From NCBI GenBank assembly GCA_026025075.1, contig JAPEUI010000003.1, forward strand, positions 310,001 through 338,725: DNA of 28,725 nt. The letters are read 5' to 3'. How positions within the stretch are numbered: the first letter of the stretch is position 1; every line of letters begins with the position of its first letter. The stretch comes from Vezdaea acicularis (lineage: Eukaryota). The notes under the pieces are model-generated. The model was given only the letters and a program-made list of their open reading frames with translations. It was not told where the DNA came from and made no database searches. The position numbers and the translations under genes are program-made. This document shows positions 11,374-20,793 of the stretch, piece by piece.

Positions 11374-12984
11374 ATGGCCACGGTGAATTTTATAACGTTT
11401 AATCAAGACCACAGTTGTCTTGCAGTTGGTCAGTTGTTGAGTCTCTTGCAGCAGCTCGAGCATACCTCAAAACAAGAACTGATTTCTTGCCTGCCACAGG
11501 AACATCTCGAGGATTCCGAATATATTACACAGACCCGTTCTCGAAATGCTACGAAAGCAAAGATGGGGACATCTCCCTGGTTGAGATGCTCTTCTCCACA
11601 TCCCTCGTAGCTCTGATACTCTCGCCAAGGCGCTTGCAAATCACGAATACAAAGGTAGGGCAAAAACATGATCCATATTACTCCGGCCGTGGGCACTTGC
11701 CGCCCTCAGAACGGGGTATAATACTTTTTCATGAGGACACTGGCCCCATCCGTTGATTTAATAGATCATGTTCTTGGTACTAACGACAATTCGTACTTAG
11801 AGAGCATCAACGATATGCGAGCTTACATTCCCCTCCTCAGTACTTGCAGTACGGTTGAATCGGAAACGATTAGTGGTGGTTCTCGAGGGGGAGATATATC
11901 TATATGACATTAGCAACATGAAACTTGCACACACAATCGAAACCTCACCTAATCCTCAAGGTATTATCTTATCCCGTACAACCCCCTACCTTTTAGAACA
12001 TACACCTCTAACAGCCGACCAGCGATATGCGCCCTCTCTTCATCCTCCGAATCCTGCTACCTCGCCTACCCCCTTCCCCAAAAAGCGATGCCCACCTCCT
12101 TTGCCCCCCCATCCCATGCACCTCCATCCAGCGGCGCCACAAACGCGCAGTTCATTGCCCCCACCACAGGCGACGTCCTCCTCTTCGACGCCCTTAAACA
12201 AGAAGCCATCAACGTCATCCCCGCGCACCGCTCGCCGCTCTCCTGCCTCGCCCTCAGCGCCGACGGCAAGCTCCTCGCCACCGCCTCCGACAAAGGCACC
12301 ATCATCCGCGTCTTCAGCGTTCCAGACGCCCAGAAACTCTTCCAATTCCGCCGCGGCACCTATCCCAGCCGCATCTACAGCATGGCCTTCAACGCAACCA
12401 ACACCCTCCTCTGCGTCTCCTCCGCAACCGACACCGTCCACATCTTCCGCCTCTCCGCCAGCCCCAACCCACCCCCCCCTAACCGCCCAGACTCTCCCAT
12501 CGAGCGCGGCCGCCTACGCGACTCCAGCCCCGCCATCCAATCCATCGCCAGCACCACCACCACCCAAGACCCCAGTCCCAGCCCGGACACTCCCTCGCGC
12601 AAGCACAACGGCAGCTTCGGAAGCATCATCCGCCGCTCCTCCCAAACCCTCGGCAAGTCCTTCGCCCAGTCCGTCGGCGGCTACCTCCCCACCGCCGTCA
12701 CCGAGATGTGGGAGCCCGCCCGCGACTTTGCCTACTGCAAGATCCCCAAGAGCGCGCTTGCCCAGAGTCCCGGGCCTGGCGGGGCGCCGCTGCAGCAGCA
12801 GACGCTTGGTGGCGCCCCCCTGAGGAGTGTGGTTGCGATCAGTAGCTCGAGTCCGCAGGTCATGGTTGTTACGAGTGAGGGCCTCTTTTATGTGTTTAAT
12901 GTCGATATGGAGGCGGGGGGGGAGGGCGTGCTGTGTAAACAGTACTCACTCGTAGAGGAGATGGGAAGTTTGGGGGATGAGTAG
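11374..12984 (+). CDS. ATG18: Autophagy PROPPIN Atg18 (WD40 phosphoinositide-binding protein). Exons 11374-11428, 11500-11654, 11801-11960, 12023-12984
   Basis: [54 protein letters not shown] and the lipid-binding FRRG motif. Three frame-preserving GT-AG introns. Confidence 0.96.
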
Positions 12985-13489
12985 GATGGGCAGACCTGGG
13001 GGCCAATGGAGGGTAGTGGGATGAGTTGAACGGATCATGTACTGTACTGTAAGAAATGTAGGCTGTTGAAAGGGCATCAAGCCCACGCGAACTCTCCCAT
13101 AACCACAAGCACAAGCACACAAGCAAGCAAACCACACACGTACACCCATTCAGAAAAGCCATACAATCTAACCCTCCCCCACCAGAACCAAATCAAAGGC
13201 AAAAAACAAATGGGGTATCTCCCCGCAATCCACACCCCCCCCCCGCGCAATTCCCCTGCGCTAAGAGTGAAAAACTCCATAGCCACCCAAACCCAGATTA
13301 CCCAGATGAAAGAGCCGTCCCGCGTGAGCATTGACTCACTAATCTCCAAGACATTAAGAGAAAAGGGTGAGTGAGTAGGTTGGTTGGTGGAGGGTTGTGT
13401 GTGTACAAAGCTGCGGAGGCCGCTGCAAGATGCAAGATACATGTATGTGCAAAACAAGAAAAGAAAATCTCCGGTCCGTCCGCGTGGAA

Positions 13490-13510
13490 GAGGAGGAGGA
13501 GGAGGAGGAG
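13490..13510. repeat. (GAG)7 microsatellite
   Basis: Read directly from the sequence. Confidence 0.9.
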
Positions 13511-13740
13511 GGGATATGAGCCGCTGGTCTCTGATAGGTTGGCTAGGGCGAAGGTGCGGGATATGTCCGAAGAAAGAGGGGGTGGGCGTAGTGCTGGGTA
13601 TGTTCGTTATGCGGACAGCCAGACAGAGAGAGGGATGGGTGGTGGTGTACCCTTCTTCTTCTTCCTCTGCTGCTAGTGACGGTGGTGATGGTAGCGGTGC
13701 TGGTGGTGCTGTTGTTCTAGATGTATCAACGCCGCGGTGT

Positions 13741-13984
13741 CGTGGTCCCCAAGAGTAAAGACCGGGTACTTTTGTTTTGTTGTCATGAAACCTCCTCTCC
13801 CTCCCCAGCCTTTCTTTTCCCGCTCCCGCTCTCCCGACGCGAAACGCCGTGGTCCCCAAGAGTAAAGACCGGATACTTTTGTCATGTAAAGCCCCCCTTC
13901 CCCCTCCCCCTCCCACCCACCCTGCCCTTGCTCCCCCAACTCAAAACGCCGTGGTCCCCAAGAGTAAAGACCCCATACTTTTGT
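13741..13984. repeat. Three direct copies of the 35-nt core CGTGGTCCCCAAGAGTAAAGACC-nnn-TACTTTTGT (13741-13775, 13848-13882, 13950-13984), separated by diverged C-rich linkers
   Basis: 32 of 35 positions are identical in all three copies; start-to-start spacing is 107 and 102 nt. A partial fourth copy AAAGACCGGATAC lies at 14138-14150. Confidence 0.95.
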
Positions 13985-14038
13985 CTATCCGCCAATTAAG
14001 CCCACCGTTCATCACATCATTCATCATTATCATACTCG

Positions 14039-14540
14039 CATTACTGCCCAACCTATCTCTACACATCACTCCAGCAACCACCGCACACGCATCGACGCCA
14101 ACACCGCTGTAGTAGCTGCCAGCAGCCACTACACCAAAAAGACCGGATACATTCCCAAAACCCCACCTTCACCGGTTCAACGCGCACAACGACCAGGCCT
14201 CCCAAGAGCCCCCGATGCCGTCTCCCCAAGCACCACGTAGTCTCCTTCCCACCGGCTCGCTCCGCGCGCACGCCAACATGCTGTCGTCAGCCTGACTGGC
14301 ACCGACGAGTGGACTCGTCGGGAGCAGGCATATCATCCTAGGCATGAGTGGCGGCAGCGGCGGAGGCGAGGGTCAGTGGGAGGGTAGCTGCGTGGTGCTT
14401 GGAGAGAGAGATCGGGTGTGGGAGGGTGCTGGTAGGGCTGCGTTGGGGGTGAAAGGCGGGAGGAGGGAGGTACCTGGTTTTTGGGGGTTGGCGAGATGGG
14501 AGGTGGCTCTGGACTGTACAAGAGAAAATGGTTAGTATGG
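14039..14540 (-). other. Long imperfect inverted repeat / predicted rod-like RNA fold-back downstream of the ULP1 stop codon
   Basis: Apical perfect stem 14302-14310/14313-14321; 20-nt near-perfect stem 14221-14240/14388-14407; more than ten further nested, collinear helices out to ~14039/14540; side hairpin at 14108-14133. Confidence 0.8.
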
Positions 14541-14594
14541 TTTGGTTGGAGGGGCGAAGTGGGGGGAGATAAAGCGCAAGGGGATAAGACGTAC
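14514..14594 (-). other. Putative 81-nt spliceosomal intron in the ULP1 3' UTR
   Basis: Minus-strand GTACGT donor at 14594, perfect TACTAAC branch point at 14537-14531, pyrimidine tract, TACAG acceptor ending at 14514. It starts 43 nt after the stop codon. Confidence 0.65.
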
Positions 14595-14637
14595 GATCTG
14601 TGCGGAGAGGGGGACAAGCTTAGTTACTGCTGTGGGG

Positions 14638-16794
14638 CTACTCGTAAGTAGCGCCCATCAGCTCCGCCGCCATCCTCCGTCGCTGGAGGGGAATATCGGT
14701 TTGGTCATAAGCGGTGAGGGGATCAAGGCCGAGTGAGAGCATCTTCGCCGTCGTGCACAAGAAGACGCCACAGTCGGAGCCGTTTTGCTGGCGGCCGCTG
14801 TCTGGGGGAAGGATGGTCCACTCTTCTCGTTTGAACTCAGTCTTGAGCTCGTGCTGCAGCCATTTGAAGGTTTGCATGATCTTGTGGGTGCCGGCGTCTC
14901 CGAAGCTGTCATAGTAGGCAATGGTCTTCTTGGTGGGGCAGGCGACGAGGATTGTCCAGTGCAGGCCCTGATTAACCGGAATGAAGACGTAGTCGACCTT
15001 GAGGAGGTTGCTCTTATCGATCTTGGCCCGCTTGGACCACCTGTCTAGCGACTTAACACCGCTCGAGGAAAGCTTCTTGTAGAAAAAGCTGTTGAAGGCG
15101 TGGAATTTGGGAGTTGTGCCGGGCGTTTGTCCGTGGTTGGCGTGTCGTGTGATTAGCTCGAGATAGTTGTTGATGATCTCGTCGTTCAGCCATCCATGGG
15201 CGGGATCACCTTTACCGGGGAGGAGCGTACCAAAATCTTTACGTGTTATGGTGGTGTTGGTGGGCGTCGTGGCAAGGATGGCTGCACGGTCATCGATCTG
15301 CATCGCGCGATCTACCTTCCAGTTCCATTCGTCGGTCAAAGGCTTGACGGCCCTTTGAGACGGCGGCACACGACCGTCGGCGATTGCCTTGAGGTGTTCA
15401 GCATGTTGCCGTTTAGCTGTTGTTTCCTTTACCTGGGCAATCGCTTCCAGCACCTCGCGTGCTTTACGTTCCTTCCTCATCTTTTCAATCTTGGCCTTCT
15501 CGACTGGGTCCATATCTTCTCTGAGAGGGATTTGTCGAAGCTTTTCTACGACACTCAATGGCCGACCTTCTGGGGTATGGGTGCAATAACGTAAACCAGG
15601 TTGGGGAAATGAACCTGGGTGAGGGACGAACCCCTGCCCTGCCTTTTCGGCGGGCCATTGGCCCTTGTGAGTCATTGCGTAGATATTCGCTGCAACAGCT
15701 CGAAAATCGATATCTTGGATTTTGGTCGGTATGTTGTTCGAATGGGATGGAGGTGATGGCAGGTCTTGCGAGGGATACGTCTTTGCTTTAGGCGTTTGCT
15801 GATACCTCTTTGGAATCGACACGCCCGCAAGCTCCTTAGGTGCCTGAACATGGCCTGGTGAAGGCGTTTGTCGATACCTCTTTGGAATCGATACGCCCGC
15901 AAGTTCCTTAGGTGCCTGAACACGGCCTGGTGAAGGTGTTTTGCGGACGGGCTCGGGCACCTGTTCACGACGCGATATGGAGGGCTGTGGATACCTTGCA
16001 AGAAGGGGAGCTCGTGGAAGTGGACTTGTAGGGCTAATCAGTGCATCGAGAGGGGGTACTGCATGTGGTCGGCGTTTTGGGTAAGTCACGGCCTGAGCCA
16101 CGCGGTCGGCAATCCTCATCGACCGCCTGAGTTGTATCGAGTCCTGTACAAAGCTCCTGCGATCTAGGGGAAGCGGCGTGAATTTTGCGTAGTGGAGATG
16201 CTGTTCTTCAGGCGAGAGGCCCTTCGGTGCAGCTGGTAGAGCGGTCCTTTTAGGAGGAGTAGCCAGTGAGCACATTCGGGCGATTTTCAACTGGAATGTG
16301 CTCAATTGTATAGGTGGATTCATTGGGACGGCTTCTAGGATCAAAGCAAGTCAGCCCATGACACTGGAAGCCACGAAAGACATTATTTCGAGCTCTGGAG
16401 GGATTGTGGAACTCACCCGGAGGGTCTATATCCATTTTCTCAGGCAATACAGGTTTCTCAGTCGTCTCTCCACGTTCGAGATCAACGCTAGCTATAAGAT
16501 CAACCGGGTACGAGCCAGGAAGAACCGGTTCGTAGTAGGGCAACAGGTCTTTGTCGGATTCAGCAGAAGCAGCGAGAAGTTCTCGAGAGCGTGTGAGACC
16601 CCAAAGAACAGCCATCATATGTAAGTTACGAACGATCGCTTGGAAGGCCGCTTTTGCCTTGAGAAGCAAGAGTTGTGAGTACCACACCGATCGGTCGGGA
16701 AGAGGAGGAGGAAACGACATACCCTTCGGACGATGGCCCAGTCCCGACGCATGAAGCGCCGGCGGGCCCCTCTGGCCACGTCCTTAAAGGACAT
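14638..16794 (-). CDS. ULP1: Ulp1-family SUMO protease (peptidase C48). Exons 16794-16723, 16657-16417, 16334-14638; the start codon is tentative
   Basis: WLNDEIIN, FNSFFY, catalytic His (GLHWT), Asp (YYDS), Gln/Cys (QQNGSDCGVF). Upstream ORFs join in frame through GTATGT..TACTCAC..AAG and GTGAGT..GCTGAC..TAG introns. Confidence 0.9.
15791..15934 (-). repeat. 72-bp tandem duplication (2 x 24 aa) in the ULP1 N-terminal region
   Basis: 15791-15862 and 15863-15934 differ at 5 positions; they encode TPSPG(R/H)VQAPKELAGVSIPKRY(R/Q)Q. Confidence 0.95.
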
Positions 16795-17228
16795 GCGGAG
16801 GGCAGATAGATTATCGAGTAGTTGATTGAATTGAGGTTCAGGTGAAGTATGAGAGCTGGCTGATCACCAGCGGAAGAATATGAAAGTTCGTTCACGAGTC
16901 ACTGTGTTGTGGTGTGTGTGGTGGGGGAGAGACGAGATGAAAGAAAAGAAGAGGGCATACGCGACACATGCATGCGTAACGGCAGGTCCCGTGGTGGGCG
17001 GTCGAAGCTTATGCGGAAGCGTGCCGCACTAAACTTAAATTGGGAGCCGAGGCTCATCTCACTGGGCGATCCCCTCTTGACCTCTATCCACAACCTTAAA
17101 ACGCCTCCCGCCTCGATTCATGTTTGGGGTTTTATTGCCCATAGTTCGCAATGACGCTTGACCCCAAGCGCCGAGTAGAGGAACAGCCCCAAGCCCCGCG
17201 GCCGAGCAATGTAGGCTCCGTCAAAAGC

Positions 17229-18407
17229 ATGCCCTCGCCGCAGAGACATCCCGAGGACGGACGAACAGAGTAAGCTCCCCTCTTCCCCCCCCTCACGCCT
17301 TCCACACTCCAACCACAACCGCAACGAGCAATCCGTGTAAGAGTCATCAACACCATACATAAACAAAACACCAAGCAACAAATAAAACAAACACTAACCC
17401 CCCTCCCACCTCTCACAGCCGGCTCTCCCAAAAAATCATAATCCTAACCGGCGCCAACTCCCCCCTCGGCATCGGGCTCGCCAGCGCGCACCAATACGCT
17501 TACCACGGGGCGCACGCGCTCTACCTCTGCGACCTCGAGTCCACCCACCTCGCCACGCACGCCCACACCCTCACTGCACAATACCCTAACGTAGAAGTAC
17601 ACATCCGACAGTTCGACGCGGCGGACGAAGCGGCGGTGCGCGAGGTGGTGCAGCATGCGTTAGAGCGGTATGGGCGGCTGGATGTGTTTCTGGCGAATGC
17701 GGGGACGGTGGGAGGGGGGAGTAGGGTGTTTGCGGAGGTGGGGGCGGAGGAGTTCATGCGCACGCTGAGGATCAATGTTTTGAGGTGAGTTTGTCTTGGT
17801 GTTGCTACAACGAGGGAAAAAGGGGAGAGGGGGTTACGGGGATATATGGGATAGGGCTGATTTGGCTTGGTTGAGCTAAAGTGTGTTTTTGGCGGCCAAG
17901 TACGCGGCGCCGGCTATGAAGCGGACGAGCGCTGGCAAACCCACTGCGTCGGGCTCGATCATCGGGATGGCGTCGGTCGCTGGGCTTCGATCGAATGCAG
18001 GTTCCAGTACGATACAACTCCCTAACCCCGGCCCCTATATTGTCCCTCTATTGCTAACCCAGAGTTCTCCGCTAGCCGACTATTCGGCCTCCAAGGCCGC
18101 CGTGATCTCGATCGTGCAGACGATAGCCTGGCAGCTATTCGGCACGGGGATCCGCTGCAACGCGATCTGTCCGGGGCTGATCGAGACGGGGATGACGTCG
18201 ACGATGTTCGAGCAGGCGCGGGCGCGGGGGATGGAGAAGAACGTCGGGCAGCTGAACCCGGCGAGGAGGGCCGGGCATGCCGACGAGGTGGCCCGCGTCG
18301 CGCTGTTTTTGGGGAGTGATGATAGCAGCTATGTTAATGGCCAGGCGTGGGCGGTGGATGGGGGCTTGAGCGCTGGTCTTCCCTTTGTTCCGGGGAAGTT
18401 GGCGTGA
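17229..18407 (+). CDS. Short-chain dehydrogenase/reductase (FabG-like). Exons 17229-17269, 17419-17784, 17882-18006, 18076-18407; the 5' half is missing from the ORF track
   Basis: [14 protein letters not shown] (Rossmann), [14 protein letters not shown], catalytic ASVAG and [31 protein letters not shown] introns with CTAAC/CTAAA branch points. Confidence 0.92.
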
Positions 18408-19309
18408 GGGAGATGGTGGGGAATTCGCGTATGACTTTTCCCCGCAAGAGCTCCTTCAGGGGCTTGTCGGGTGGAAGGGATACTCGAGAGAGGGGCGAGG
18501 TCGAGGCTTGAGTGGGATCGTGGAGGTAAAAGTCGTAGCCGTTCGACTTGCTCTCGGCTTCTCTCTCAACAGGTCTCGCCCCGTCTTCCGTCTCTCCTGC
18601 CTTGTCATTTGACTTGGCCTCGTTCCGTGTGTCCTCCCCCGCGTCACGTTTTCGCTTTCTCGACAGCCGCTTTCGCTCGTCCTCGACCTTTCGGGCTGCT
18701 TCAGCCAGGGTGTCTGTCTCCAACGCCTGGACCAGGTGGCGCTCGCCGTCTGGGAACAACCATTCCACAGTCCAGGATAGGCATTTTCGTCTGTACACAT
18801 TAGCCTCGTCACCCTACTGTCCCCTCCACCACGGTATATACGCACTTCTGATTCCAGCCCGTCCGATTCTCCCTCTCCCTCACCATACCCTTCGGTGCCT
18901 TGAGGACCCTGACCCCACACCTATCCAGCGCGGCCCTCGCATTCCCCTCGCCCTTCTTGAACCTCCTCCTCCGCCCCTCGAGCTCCGCCCCAACCTCAAT
19001 GCCCCTCCCCTCCAGCTCTCTCTCTGCCCTCTCCAAGCCCCTCTCCACGCCCACCAGAAAGTTGAAGTCGCGGTCGATACTAGCCGGGTTGGCAAGCTTG
19101 CTGCGGGGGAGGTACTCGGCCGGGTCTCGCACGCCGCTGCACTGCGCCCATTGCTTGTGCCGCTTGCTGCAGGCCAGCGAGCAGGTCCGGGTTAGGCACC
19201 GCGGACAGCGGTATTTGGGCACGTGGGTGTTGCAGATCCGACAGAGCTCGCTCAAGAGGGGTTCAGGGGAGGGTGAGTCCTTGGATACGGCTGCTGCTGA
19301 GGAGGCCAT
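18334..19309 (-). CDS. BCD1: Box C/D snoRNP assembly factor Bcd1-like (zf-HIT). Exons 19309-18846, 18790-18334
   Basis: zf-[27 protein letters not shown]...[46 protein letters not shown]. One GTGCGT..CTAAT..CAG intron. Confidence 0.88.
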
Positions 19310-20793
19310 GGCGTGGTGATGGGGAAGGCAGGGCGTGGTGAGATGATGTGCGTAGGGGAAGTTTTCTGGTAGGCGTGGACTCGAAATTTCCATGTCACGA
19401 CGCGAGCTCCCCACTCTTAGCGCGGCGTGAGCATGCGGAGGGCTAACGGACGTCACGAAAAGTTGAACAGTCCCGATTAAGTATGAAGTGCATAGAGTTT
19501 TCTCAATTTATCCAGTCAATTTCTGTATAAACAATGTAAGTATAAGGAGCTCGAACCAAGTCATGTCGAGTTGTTTGCTGCGTGTCACGACTATCTCCTG
19601 GCGATTGGAAGCACCACCTCAGCACACCATGCGCCAACTTCTCGATGCGACACTGTCTCAGCGCCGCCCGAACGCGGTCCGTTATCAGGGCGGGCGACGC
19701 TCGAGCCATCGAGGAGATTGGCGGGCCACGGAGAATAGAGAGCCACTGCCAGTGCCACCGACGGATGAGGGTTTTGGCGTCCCCATTCGAGTCAAAGTCG
19801 TTTGCGATGGGGAATAGGGGTCGCGCTAAGCCGCATCGACCGTAGCGTGCTTGAGGCTGCGGTAGTGTGCTGTAGTGTGCGCTAGTGCGCTGCCAAGCCG
19901 ACTATTGGGCAGCCCCCTCTGGTCCCCCTGCTGCGACGACCTCGACGGGTCCTGGTCTTGTCACACTGCATCGTGCCCTCGTCGACGCCAACGCCAGAAG
20001 ATGAATGGGAGACGGGGAGAGGGCAACGCTGGGACTGACGGGCGACCGACGGTTGGTTGGGGATGGGTTCGACGGCGCCGTTCGCGTGCGGGACCGTCGC
20101 GGCCCTCCCAGTTGTGTCGCTGCGGGCCAATCGATGCGCGCGCCCGTCGCCCGTAGCGGGGGCCCGGGATCAAGCGACTCAGGCACAGGAACCGACTCGG
20201 GCCAAGTCAAATCTCCCGTGGGCAGCTCGTGGGCAGTGGGCAGAGACTTGGGATCGTCCTCGTCCTCGCGTGCCGTATCGGGTCTTAGTCTGCCCTAGTC
20301 CGCTGCACTGTCCTCGCTCTCTCTCTCTCTCTCCTCCTCCTCCTCCTCTTCCTGCTCCTCACCCTCACCCTTCTCGGTCTGCTTCCTCTGCCTTTCCCTT
20401 CGACGAACTTCAAGTTCCCTCCTCGTTCGTGCTTCCTTTGCAATTCGCACCTTCTTGTCTCCGATGCACGCGTCGTAGACCGGCCCGGCACGCCTCTTCC
20501 AGCACCCATCGTCTGTTGTTTTCTGCTGAGTGCAGCTGAGGGGAGCTGCGCGACGGCGAGACGGGGGCAGGCACTACAGCAGCCCTATTGCATCGTCACT
20601 CACTAAGACCTGCACTCCGCAGCCCTTCCCTTTGCTTGCCCGTTCGATTGAACTTCTGCAGCCTCTGCTTCCTTCTGCTCTCCGCACCGCTCGTCAGCCG
20701 TCGGACACTTCTTTCCTCTCGTCCGCCTTCTCTCCCTCACTTCGCGTCTCGACCGAGTCAATTGACCTTTCTCAACGATCACCAATCGACGAC

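Noticed and set aside
13077..13916. 279-aa minus-strand ORF
   Set aside because: Non-ATG start; it runs through microsatellite and repeat DNA; low-complexity translation with no domain.
13741..13984. CRISPR-like repeat-spacer array
   Set aside because: Eukaryotic context, no cas genes, only three copies, and the ~70-nt linkers are low-complexity and resemble each other (GTCATG-AA...AAACGC), so they are not unique spacers.
13673..14129. Repeat-containing peptide precursor (pheromone or RiPP type)
   Set aside because: The repeat spacing does not hold one frame across all copies. There is no signal peptide and no regular KR/Kex2 sites.
14281..14340. SECIS, box C/D K-turn or SRP helix 8 in the hairpin apex (ATGAT...CTGAC on minus; GGAGCAGG on plus)
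   Set aside because: No apical AA motif and no in-frame UGA in ULP1; the C box is imperfect; the SRP GNRA loop and CAGG partner are missing.
13000..14640. Telomerase RNA
   Set aside because: The length is suitable, but I found no TAACCCTAA template. The only CTAACCCT (13168-13175) is on the strand disfavoured by the G-U pattern.
15791..15934. RIP mutation in the ULP1 duplication (all differences are transitions)
   Set aside because: Only five changes, in both directions, and 72 bp is below the repeat length normally needed for RIP.
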